In this document: in pieces, positions 21,865 through 30,983 of the stretch
How the letters are laid out: each line of letters begins with the position of its first letter
Numbering within the stretch: the first letter of the stretch is position 1
Source: an uncultured Lachnospiraceae bacterium
GTDB taxonomy: Bacteria > Bacillota > Clostridia > Lachnospirales > Lachnospiraceae
Reading direction: 5' to 3'
DNA length: 64,000 bases
Assembly: GCA_947169385.1 (NCBI GenBank)
Contig: CAMVPR010000011.1
Coordinates: forward strand, 1,534-65,533
Program-made: the position numbers and the translations under genes
Notes under the pieces: generated by a model
The model's input: only the letters and a program-made list of their open reading frames with translations
Told to the model about the DNA's origin: nothing
Databases searched by the model: none

Positions 21865-22884
21865 ATGAAAGTATTAGTTACCGGCGGTGCCGGATTTATC
21901 GGAGGCAATTTTGTTCATCATATGGTGAACAAGTATCCTGATTATGAGATAGTTAACCTTGACCTTTTGACATATGCAGGCAATTTAGAGACATTGAAGC
22001 CGGTTGAAGATAAGCCTAATTATAAGTTCGTCAAGGGTGATATTGCCGACAGAAAGTTTATATTTGATTTATTTGAGAAAGAGAAGTTCGACATTGTTGT
22101 CAATTTCGCTGCGGAGTCGCATGTTGACAGGTCTATTGAGAATCCGGAGATTTTTGTCAAGACCAATGTTTTAGGTACGACTACACTTCTTGATGCATCT
22201 AAGGAGTATGGTGTTAAGAGATATCATCAGGTTTCAACCGACGAAGTATACGGTGATCTTCCGCTTGACAGACCTGATTTATTCTTTACCGAGGAGACAC
22301 CTCTTCACACATCAAGCCCTTATTCATCAAGTAAAGCCAGTGCGGACCTTTTTGTTATGGCTTATTATAGGACGTTCGGTCTTCCTGTTACTATATCAAG
22401 ATGTTCTAACAACTACGGGCCTTATCATTTTCCGGAGAAGCTTATACCACTTATGATAAGCAGGGCTCTTAATGATGAGTCGCTTCCTGTATATGGTAAG
22501 GGTGAGAATGTCAGAGATTGGCTTCACGTTCACGATCACTGTGAAGCTATTGATCTTATTATTCACAATGGTAAGGTCGGAGAGGTTTATAATGTCGGAG
22601 GACATAACGAAAGAACCAATCTTGAGGTTGTTAAGACTGTTCTTAAGGCACTTGATAAGCCGGAGAGTCTTATTACATATGTTACTGACAGACCTGGACA
22701 CGATCTCAGATATGCAATCGATCCAACCAAGTTAGAGACTGAGCTTGGATGGAAGCCACAGTATACATTTGACACAGGTATTAAGATGACTATTGAGTGG
22801 TACTTGAATAACCGTGAGTGGTGGGAGAATATCATTTCCGGTGAGTACAAGAATTACTTTGAGAAGATGTACGGTAATAGATAG
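21865..22884 (+). CDS. rfbB: dTDP-glucose 4,6-dehydratase (RmlB)
   Basis: TGGAGFIG, AAESHVDRSI, STDEVYG and SPYSSSK. Confidence 0.97.
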   Translation: MKVLVTGGAGFIGGNFVHHMVNKYPDYEIVNLDLLTYAGNLETLKPVEDKPNYKFVKGDIADRKFIFDLFEKEKFDIVVNFAAESHVDRSIENPEIFVKTNVLGTTTLLDASKEYGVKRYHQVSTDEVYGDLPLDRPDLFFTEETPLHTSSPYSSSKASADLFVMAYYRTFGLPVTISRCSNNYGPYHFPEKLIPLMISRALNDESLPVYGKGENVRDWLHVHDHCEAIDLIIHNGKVGEVYNVGGHNERTNLEVVKTVLKALDKPESLITYVTDRPGHDLRYAIDPTKLETELGWKPQYTFDTGIKMTIEWYLNNREWWENIISGEYKNYFEKMYGNR

Positions 22885-23006
22885 TTAGTTTCGCAGTATA
22901 TATTTGTATAGCGTATATATCTAGATATATATACTCTAAATATACCTGCTCTTTGCAGAGAATGTGGATGGCTTTTAGTTGTTAGTATGGTTAGGAGGGT
23001 AATTGA

Positions 23007-25259
23007 ATGAGAAAATGGCTAGCGTGGGTTATGTGCATGACACTGGTGTTTAGTTTGGCCGGATGCGGCAAGAGCAATTCGTCTTCAAGTAAAGCGGATG
23101 CCACTGAAGAAGAGGTTACCGAGGAATTAGCAAGCGCATCTAGTGACAATATGATCATGAACGGTGATTTTTCGGATGGCACAACAGGCAAATGGAACAC
23201 TTATACCAACGGTGGAGATGCTTCTCTTTCTGTTAAGGACGGCGAGATGGCTATCCACATTTTAAAACCCGGAACTCTTGATTACGCAGTTCAGGCATAC
23301 TATGATGGATTTGCTTTAGACAGTGGATGTAAGTATGATTTTTCATTTGATGTACACTCTGATGTAGACAGATTTGGCGAGTGGAGAGTGCAGATTAACG
23401 GTGGAGATTACCACGCATACACCTCTGATATCGTGGAGATTAAGAATGATGTATCTCATGTTCAGATGGAATTCGAGATGACAGAGGCGTCTGATCCGGC
23501 TCCGAGATTATGTCTTAATCTTGGCATGGTTGAAGGATGTCCTAGCGATCTTGGAGAGCATACAGTTTATGTTGATAATTTCAATCTTCACCTAGTTGAT
23601 GATTCCAATAAAGTTGCTGACGCGGAGGAAGTGGAGAAGCCTGACATCAATGTCAATCAGTTAGGTTATAAGACCGGCGATGTCAAGAAGGCTGTTGTCA
23701 GAGGAGATGACCTCAGTGGCAAGGCATTTAAGGTTGTTAATATTGATACCGAAGAGACAGCATTTGAAGGTAAGTTATCAGATGAGCAACCTAATCCTAC
23801 GAGTGGAGAGACGGTTGCGATAGCAGATTTCTCTGATGTTAAGGACGCCGGAAGATACAAGATTGTTACCGATGATTTCGGAGAGTCTTATGAGTTTGAG
23901 ATTGGCGATGATGTGTATGACAGTATTGCCAAAGCAACGGTACAGTGGTTTTATTCACAGAGATGTGAGTGCGCAACTGGCAAAGATATAGTCGGAGATT
24001 TCGCACATGATGCTTGTCACACCGGTAAGGCTAAGTTGTATGGCACCGACAAGGTTGTAGATGTAGAGAAGGGCTGGCATGATGCCGGAGATTACGGAAG
24101 ATATGTTGTTGCAGGCGCTAAGGCGGCTTATGATCTCATAGATGCTTACGAGAACAACCCTGATAAGTTCGGTGACGATCTTGGAATGACATACAGTGGC
24201 AACAGGATTCCTGATGTTCTCGATGAAGTAATGTACGAGCTTGATTTTATGGTTTCTATGCAGGCCAAAGATGGCGGAGTATACCATAAGGTTACAACGG
24301 CAGCATTTGCAGACGCAGTTATGCCGGATAAGGTTGACGCGGATCTTGTTGTGTGTCCTGTATCTAATACTGCAACCGGAGCGTGTGCAGCGGTTATGGC
24401 TAAGGCGGCAAGGGTTATCAGAGGCTTCGATAAGGAAGCGTATTGTAAGTATAGAAGTTGCGCTGAGAAAGCGGAAGAATATTTAAAGAATCATGTCAAT
24501 GATCCGGGATTTAAGAATCCGGAGGATGTGACAACAGGTGAGTATCCTGACGACAACGCGATGGATGAGCTTTTCTGGTCGCTTTCCGAGCTTGTTAAAT
24601 TATGTCAGGCTGATAATGATAATGAAACAGCCACGAAGTATCTTAAGGACATCAAGGAGCTCGTTAAAGTCAAGAGCGCAACGAGCGGTATGGGTTGGCA
24701 AGGCGTTGGATACTATGCAGCATTTACCTATCTTTCATGCGATGGAATTGACTCAGGAATTAAGAAAGAGGTAGAAGATTACCTTGATTATGCAAGAAAG
24801 AATATAATAAAGAATATCGACGAAGACGGATATCAGTCCGCAATGGGTGAGACATATTATTGGGGCAGCAACATGTCTATCTTGAATAACGGTATGTTTC
24901 TCATGAAGAGTGCGGCGCTTGATGAGTCTAAGAAGGGTGAGTATTATGAGCTTGCCAAGGAGCAGATTAATTATGTTCTTGGTAAGAATCCTACAAGTTA
25001 TTGTTTTGTTACGGGATTTGGTTCTCTATCTCCTGAGAATCCACATCACAGGCCATCTCAGGCGGTTGGCAAGGCGTATCCCGGCATGATAGTCGGCGGT
25101 GCCAACTCTAACTTAGAGGATCCATACGCTAAAGCGACACTTAACAAAGAAGCTGCAGCTAAGTGTTATGTTGACAATGTACAGAGTTACTCTTGTAATG
25201 AGGTTACTATATATTGGAACTCGCCACTTGTTAATTTATTAAGCTATTATATTGACTAA
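23007..25259 (+). CDS. Lipoprotein cellulase: CBM4/9, Ig-like domain, GH9
   Basis: Lipobox LAGC, CBM4_9-like N-terminus (MIMNGDFSDG), VNQLGY Ig start, and catalytic motifs GWHDAGDYGRY, HHRPS and SYSCNEVTIYWN. Confidence 0.9.
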   Translation: MRKWLAWVMCMTLVFSLAGCGKSNSSSSKADATEEEVTEELASASSDNMIMNGDFSDGTTGKWNTYTNGGDASLSVKDGEMAIHILKPGTLDYAVQAYYDGFALDSGCKYDFSFDVHSDVDRFGEWRVQINGGDYHAYTSDIVEIKNDVSHVQMEFEMTEASDPAPRLCLNLGMVEGCPSDLGEHTVYVDNFNLHLVDDSNKVADAEEVEKPDINVNQLGYKTGDVKKAVVRGDDLSGKAFKVVNIDTEETAFEGKLSDEQPNPTSGETVAIADFSDVKDAGRYKIVTDDFGESYEFEIGDDVYDSIAKATVQWFYSQRCECATGKDIVGDFAHDACHTGKAKLYGTDKVVDVEKGWHDAGDYGRYVVAGAKAAYDLIDAYENNPDKFGDDLGMTYSGNRIPDVLDEVMYELDFMVSMQAKDGGVYHKVTTAAFADAVMPDKVDADLVVCPVSNTATGACAAVMAKAARVIRGFDKEAYCKYRSCAEKAEEYLKNHVNDPGFKNPEDVTTGEYPDDNAMDELFWSLSELVKLCQADNDNETATKYLKDIKELVKVKSATSGMGWQGVGYYAAFTYLSCDGIDSGIKKEVEDYLDYARKNIIKNIDEDGYQSAMGETYYWGSNMSILNNGMFLMKSAALDESKKGEYYELAKEQINYVLGKNPTSYCFVTGFGSLSPENPHHRPSQAVGKAYPGMIVGGANSNLEDPYAKATLNKEAAAKCYVDNVQSYSCNEVTIYWNSPLVNLLSYYID

Positions 25260-25270
25260 GGAGTGTCTTT

Positions 25271-27352
25271 ATGGACAATGTAAATGATGTTTTTTCGAGA
25301 TCATTTGAAAATGTTTTAGGAAGTCTGTTCACAAGTATTTATCAGGTTAATCTTGAGACGGGAGAGCTTAAGGCTTTTAGAGTGTCTGAGGATGTCAAGG
25401 GGCTTGTCGATCATGAGCAGAATGCCAATGAGTACATCAAGATGATGTCCGAGGCGTTCTATCACAGTCACAGTCAGGGAGAACTGGTTAATACTTTCAG
25501 TGTTGAATCTCTCAAGAAATGTCAGGAAGAGGGCATTGAAAAGGTTGAGAGAGAGCTTGTGAGGATGTGCAAAGGAAGCTACCACAGCGTTACTCTCATC
25601 GCTTTGTTGGGAACAAGAGCTGATCCTCAACCGGAGATTATTATCGCGGTTCAGGATAACGATGCCGAGTACTCCGACAGGAAGACCAATTCTCACATGT
25701 ATCAATCCATTTCAAATGTTTACGATACGATGTATTACGTTGATGTGGATACCGACATGATTACAGCGATTGACAACCGTATGGATAGTGATATTATGCT
25801 TACCAATCACGGCAGATTCTCTCACATTATGAGAATATATGGCAATAACTGTATCTTCTACGAGGATCAGGACAGCTTCTTCCATTTCATGTCATTAACA
25901 CATTTGAGAAAGAATCTCACATTTGACAATCCTGTATTAGAGCTTGAATACAGGCGCGTCTATGATTATGGCCTTGAGTGGATAAGAGGCGAGATGATAC
26001 TTGTCAATATGTCACAGGGTATGCCTTCAAGGGTTGTCTATGTGACAAGGAATATCACCGCCGTTAAGAATAAAGAGATGGCTTATAAGCAGGCTGTTCA
26101 GATAGTTGAAGAGATTGATAGAGATGAAGTTATCGGTTCAGGTTCTGCAGTTCAGAATTTTTACAAGAAGACGGATTTCTTAAAGAGATTGGCGCGTCAG
26201 CTTCAGTTTCCGATTAACGCTTACTTAGGATTAGCTAACATTATCGAGTTAAATGTTACCGATCCCGAGAAGGTGCTTTTATACACTAACGAGCTTAGAA
26301 AACACGGAGCAGAGATGCTTCATATCACCAACGAGTTCAACGAGGTCGGTGAGATAGAGAGAGGACAGATTAATATTCTCTATGAGCCGGTTCCTGCGAC
26401 TGATTTCTTCTACAGCATTGTTGAGGAGTGGAGAGAAGACGCAGAGAGCAAAGGTCACAGCTTTGTCAACGAGTCGAGACCATTTGACAAAGACTTGATA
26501 ATGGTTGACAGAAGGCGTATGAAGGAAGCTATAGATGCGATCATCGATAACGCTATCAGATATACACCTGAGGGTGGAAGAATTACTGTAACGATAGAGG
26601 AGAAGGTTGGAGTTTCTTCTGAGGAAGTCGAGTATGACATTATTGTAAGGGATACCGGATATGGTATGACGCCTACATTTTTGGAGCATGTCTACGAGCC
26701 TTTCCTTCCTGTTGTTGACAATAGAGTGTCAAGCGAACAGGGTATGGGATTAGGACTTGGCATTACCAAGTCTATGGTCACTGCCATGAGAGGAACCATG
26801 GATATTCAGAGTCAGGTGGATGTCGGAACTATCGTAAGTATCCATATGAAGAGTAAGAATGCGAGAATTCAGACCGAGGCGTTTATACTAAATGATACCG
26901 AGAGCACCGCGGGTAAGGAGGCTAAACTTGCACTTCCGACCTACACGGAGCTCATTGATAAGAGGATATTGTTCTACGGCAATGATGGTATTGGTGCAAT
27001 CTTAGATAGGACCAAGATTATCTATGACAAAGTTAATTGGAGTGACGATGTTGTAGAATGGTTCGTCAGATCAAGATTAGATGACTATCAAATGATAATA
27101 GTAGACGTTACCAATACCGATCAGAACGAGTGGAGTATTGCCAAGGAAGTTCATTCTATCAACAGAGAAGATGCTTCTGATGTGCCGGTGGTTGCTTTGG
27201 TTGATTTTGATCACTACAAGCGAACTCACGACAATAATTATGATAAGCAGGATATTATCGGCGAGCTTGAATCAAGAGAGTTCTGCGAAGTGCTGTTTGC
27301 ACCTTATGATATGAGTGAATTGTTAAGAGTTATTGGATGGTGGATTAAGTAA
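25271..27352 (+). CDS. Cytoplasmic hybrid kinase-like protein with degenerate H-box and receiver
   Basis: PAS-like N-terminus. H-box reads FLKRLARQLQFP (no His). HATPase boxes are intact (DNAIRYT, DTGYGM, GMGLGL). Receiver-like tail lacks the acidic pair and the Lys. Confidence 0.7.
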   Translation: MDNVNDVFSRSFENVLGSLFTSIYQVNLETGELKAFRVSEDVKGLVDHEQNANEYIKMMSEAFYHSHSQGELVNTFSVESLKKCQEEGIEKVERELVRMCKGSYHSVTLIALLGTRADPQPEIIIAVQDNDAEYSDRKTNSHMYQSISNVYDTMYYVDVDTDMITAIDNRMDSDIMLTNHGRFSHIMRIYGNNCIFYEDQDSFFHFMSLTHLRKNLTFDNPVLELEYRRVYDYGLEWIRGEMILVNMSQGMPSRVVYVTRNITAVKNKEMAYKQAVQIVEEIDRDEVIGSGSAVQNFYKKTDFLKRLARQLQFPINAYLGLANIIELNVTDPEKVLLYTNELRKHGAEMLHITNEFNEVGEIERGQINILYEPVPATDFFYSIVEEWREDAESKGHSFVNESRPFDKDLIMVDRRRMKEAIDAIIDNAIRYTPEGGRITVTIEEKVGVSSEEVEYDIIVRDTGYGMTPTFLEHVYEPFLPVVDNRVSSEQGMGLGLGITKSMVTAMRGTMDIQSQVDVGTIVSIHMKSKNARIQTEAFILNDTESTAGKEAKLALPTYTELIDKRILFYGNDGIGAILDRTKIIYDKVNWSDDVVEWFVRSRLDDYQMIIVDVTNTDQNEWSIAKEVHSINREDASDVPVVALVDFDHYKRTHDNNYDKQDIIGELESREFCEVLFAPYDMSELLRVIGWWIK

Positions 27353-27364
27353 GTCAGGGGGACT

Positions 27365-30300
27365 TTGTTGATGATATCTGATCAGGATATTCAGGTTTTA
27401 TGTACCAGAGTACAACTTGTTAGAGGTAAGGCCTTGACTGCAAGTAAAGCGGTTGAGATTGTAAAGAAGAGTCAGATAGATGTAGACAGATATGATGTTG
27501 AGGCAACGGTTAATGACGAGGGTGAATACCATGTTGTGCTTAACATTGATGAGAGCAAGACCGGAGGAGCGAAGTTCGTTTCATTTTCTTGCGATCAGTG
27601 CGAGGTCTTCTGTAGACATTGTGCAGCCGTTGCCCATCAGCTTGTTCTCGACAGGCTTGACGATGAGTTGAAGGGTAAATTAGTCTCTGCTAAGGAGATT
27701 GAGGAGCACAATATTGAGCGTATGAAGAACACTCAGGTACTTAATACGCCTAACAATCGTCCGGACGAGAGTGCTACTAAGAGGGCATTATCAAGCTCTG
27801 CTACTGTCAACAGAATTATCAATGCCTATTCAGGCGTTAATCAAGCATTTAAAAATGATAGCATGATAGACGACAAGGGTATGGTTACTCATAGCCTTGT
27901 TTCGTTGTACCCTAAATTACACATATCTTCAAAGGGTAAGCAGGAAGTCGAATTTCTGATAGGTGCGGATGACAGGACTTATGTAATTAAGGACCTTTAT
28001 GAGTTTTTGGATAATATCGATAAGAAGGCGTTTCATAAGTACGGCAAAGCGTTAGCATTTGTCCATGATTACGATAATTTTACTGAAGATGGCAAGTATT
28101 ATATCAGCATACTTAAGGATCTTAAGAGCAGCAAGGTTCCTAACAGCTACTATTTTAGTGCTGTTTCCAATTCCAAGACTATGAAGATATCGGATGGTTA
28201 TGTCGAGGAGATTTTGGTTAGAAATGTCGGCAAGAGCATCAACTTAAACGGAATCACCATGGAAATTAAAGAGGGTAATCCTTCACTTAAACTAACGGTT
28301 TATAAGGAGGAAGAGGGCGCTCTTTTAAAGGTTGATACGACTACTGTCATAAGAGGTAGAGATAGGAAGTTCGTCGCTGTTAATAAGGATTACACGATCT
28401 ATGTTGTTAGTGACGACTATGTTCAGAATGTGATCCCTTTTTTGGAGGAGTTTAATGCCGGAGATGATATTCCTTCGCTTAACAGGCTCAAAAACGAGCG
28501 GGGTGTGTACATTGATTCGTTAGACTACGAGATGTTTTGCGGTCATGTATTAAGAAGGCTCATGAATTACATCGCGCTTGAGGAACATGATATTAAACTT
28601 GAAGAATTCATGCCGCCTCCTTGTGATATAAAGATATATTTGGATGCTCCTAATGAGCACGCAATAACCTGCAACATCAAAGCAGAGTATGGCACCGAAG
28701 TTTATAATGTCTCTGATTGGACCACGAGGAATCTTGGAAGTTTCAGGGATATAGAGAAGGAGCAGAATGTTTATTGGGCTGCCAAGAGATATTTTTATGA
28801 CGAAGAGAGAAGCGGTGCAGATTATCTGCTTAAGACAGAGGATGAAGATAAGATATATGATTTCTTAATCAGCGGACACGAGGAGTTGGAGAAATACGGC
28901 GAGATGTTTGTCTCTGACAGCATCAGGAAGATTAACATTTCCTCTACTACCAAAATCACTGCGGGTGTGCAGATTAAGGGTAATCTTCTTGAGATGACTC
29001 TTGATATGCCTGATATGAGTGAAGATCAGATTAGTGATATCTTAGCTGCGTATCGTGCCAAAAAGCGTTATTACCGCATGAAGAGTGGTGACTTCCTGAA
29101 GCTCAAGGATACTGCTATCGAGACTGTATTTGAAATGAGTGAAGGACTCGGTATTACCGAAAAAGACTGGGATAAGGGAGTTGTTGAGCTTCCACTTTAC
29201 AGAGCTAACTACATCGATTCGATTGTCAAGGATAAGGGTAAGAGACTGAACCTTGTAAGGTCCTCAGAATTCAAGTCTGTTATCAGAACTATGAGGGAGA
29301 TTGAGGACAGTGATTACGAGATTCCTGACGGTATTAACGCAGAGCTTAGAGGTTATCAAAAGACCGGCTTCCGCTGGTTAAAGACTTTATCATATTATGG
29401 TTTTGGCGGAATACTTGCTGACGATATGGGTCTTGGTAAGACGTTGCAGATTATCACACTTTTGGAATCTGCTGTAAATGAAGAGGGATATGACAGACAA
29501 GGTAACATTTCCCTGATTGTGTGTCCTGCATCTTTGGTTTATAACTGGGAGAGCGAGTGCGGCAGATTTGCTAAGAACTTAAGAGTTACGGTTATTGTAG
29601 GAAATGCAGACGCTAGAAAAGAGATTCTTAATAACCTTGAAGATGTTGATGTTATCGTTACTTCTTATGATCTTTTAAAGCGCGATTTTGACATTTACAA
29701 GGATATGAAGTTCGATTACGTGGTTGCTGATGAAGCACAGTATATCAAGAATTCAAGAACACAGGTTGCAAGAACTGTTAAGGCTGTTATAGGCCGACAT
29801 AGATTTGCATTAACGGGTACACCTGTTGAGAATCGTCTATCAGACCTTTGGAGTATATTTGACTTCTGTATGAAGGGATATCTCTTCTCTTCTAAGAGGT
29901 TTACGAGCGAGTTCGAGAAGCCGATTGTGACAGATCATGATGAGGATGTTCTTAATCGACTCAAATCAATGACGTCTCCGTTTATATTGAGGAGAAAGAA
30001 GAAGGATGTGCTCTTAGATCTTCCTGATAAGATTGAGCAAGTAGTATATACCTCGATGACAGACGATCAGAAAGATTTCTACAACGCGAGATTCTTGAAC
30101 CTTAAGAATATGATTGCTTCTATGGATAGCAAGCAGTATAAGGACAATCAGATTGCGATTCTTTCCGAGATAACAAGGCTCAGACAGTCATGTCTTGACC
30201 CTTCGCTTTTCGTTGAAGGTTATAAGGGTGGTTCCGGCAAGGTTGACGCATTTTATGAAATGGCGGCCGAACTTGTAGATAACGGAAGCAATGTACTTGT

Positions 30301-30748
30301 ATTCTCTCAATTTGCGACTATGCTTGAAGAGCTGAAGAGTGGTCTGGAGAAAGAGGGCATTAAGACTCTTATTCTGACGGGTTCTACCTCCAAGGAGGAG
30401 AGAAGAAGGCTTGTTGATGAATTCCAGTCACAGAGTGAGCCTACGATATTTTTGATCAGCCTTAAGGCCGGAGGTACCGGACTTAATCTTACTGCTGCCG
30501 ATACGGTCATTCACTTTGATCCGTGGTGGAATGTTGCAGCTCAGAATCAGGCGACTGACAGAGCGCACAGAATAGGTCAGGAGAAGGTGGTTAATGTTAT
30601 TCAACTTGTGACTAAGAATTCCATTGAGGAGAGAATCATCGAACTCCAGAACAGAAAGAAGGAGTTGGTTGATGATGTAGTTGAAGGTGAGGGCGTTTCA
30701 GATGCTTCGCTTTCAAGAGAAGAGGTTATAAAACTTTTAGAACTATGA
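27365..30748 (+). CDS. SWIM-domain SNF2-family helicase
   Basis: CDQC..CRH SWIM motif, GILADDMGLGKT, DEAQ, TGTPVEN, SLKAGGTGLNL and QATDRAHRIGQ. Confidence 0.93.
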   Translation: MLMISDQDIQVLCTRVQLVRGKALTASKAVEIVKKSQIDVDRYDVEATVNDEGEYHVVLNIDESKTGGAKFVSFSCDQCEVFCRHCAAVAHQLVLDRLDDELKGKLVSAKEIEEHNIERMKNTQVLNTPNNRPDESATKRALSSSATVNRIINAYSGVNQAFKNDSMIDDKGMVTHSLVSLYPKLHISSKGKQEVEFLIGADDRTYVIKDLYEFLDNIDKKAFHKYGKALAFVHDYDNFTEDGKYYISILKDLKSSKVPNSYYFSAVSNSKTMKISDGYVEEILVRNVGKSINLNGITMEIKEGNPSLKLTVYKEEEGALLKVDTTTVIRGRDRKFVAVNKDYTIYVVSDDYVQNVIPFLEEFNAGDDIPSLNRLKNERGVYIDSLDYEMFCGHVLRRLMNYIALEEHDIKLEEFMPPPCDIKIYLDAPNEHAITCNIKAEYGTEVYNVSDWTTRNLGSFRDIEKEQNVYWAAKRYFYDEERSGADYLLKTEDEDKIYDFLISGHEELEKYGEMFVSDSIRKINISSTTKITAGVQIKGNLLEMTLDMPDMSEDQISDILAAYRAKKRYYRMKSGDFLKLKDTAIETVFEMSEGLGITEKDWDKGVVELPLYRANYIDSIVKDKGKRLNLVRSSEFKSVIRTMREIEDSDYEIPDGINAELRGYQKTGFRWLKTLSYYGFGGILADDMGLGKTLQIITLLESAVNEEGYDRQGNISLIVCPASLVYNWESECGRFAKNLRVTVIVGNADARKEILNNLEDVDVIVTSYDLLKRDFDIYKDMKFDYVVADEAQYIKNSRTQVARTVKAVIGRHRFALTGTPVENRLSDLWSIFDFCMKGYLFSSKRFTSEFEKPIVTDHDEDVLNRLKSMTSPFILRRKKKDVLLDLPDKIEQVVYTSMTDDQKDFYNARFLNLKNMIASMDSKQYKDNQIAILSEITRLRQSCLDPSLFVEGYKGGSGKVDAFYEMAAELVDNGSNVLVFSQFATMLEELKSGLEKEGIKTLILTGSTSKEERRRLVDEFQSQSEPTIFLISLKAGGTGLNLTAADTVIHFDPWWNVAAQNQATDRAHRIGQEKVVNVIQLVTKNSIEERIIELQNRKKELVDDVVEGEGVSDASLSREEVIKLLEL

Positions 30749-30754
30749 TTTTAC

Positions 30755-30782
30755 ACCGCGTCGATTTCGACGCGGTTTTTTA
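30755..30782 (+). terminator. Rho-independent terminator
   Basis: ACCGCGTCGA-TT-TCGACGCGGT followed by a T run. Confidence 0.85.
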
Positions 30783-30794
30783 AAAAAACTTTAC

Positions 30795-30875
30795 TACAGG
30801 AATAAATAGAAATTCGTACTTTATTCGACCTAAATTCGACCAAAAAGTACAGGAATGGATAGAAATTCGTACTTT
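30795..30875 (+). repeat. 28-bp direct repeat, 53-bp period
   Basis: TACAGGAATAAATAGAAATTCGTACTTT (30795-30822) versus TACAGGAATGGATAGAAATTCGTACTTT (30848-30875); 26/28 identical. Confidence 0.85.
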
Positions 30876-30983
30876 TATACCGTTATTTTGCTTGATTTTG
30901 ACAACTAACAGGTTTTAGACGAGAGGTATAAACGGTGCTATCATATGCTAACAACAGACAATAAACTATGAAAGGAGATTGTT

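Noticed and set aside
22882-22931. TAGTTAGTTTCGCAGTA (similar to the MarR operator flank) and the 18-bp palindrome TATATATCTAGATATATA upstream of GH9
   Set aside because: Only a half-site is present and it includes the rmlB stop codon; the palindrome is low-complexity TA sequence.
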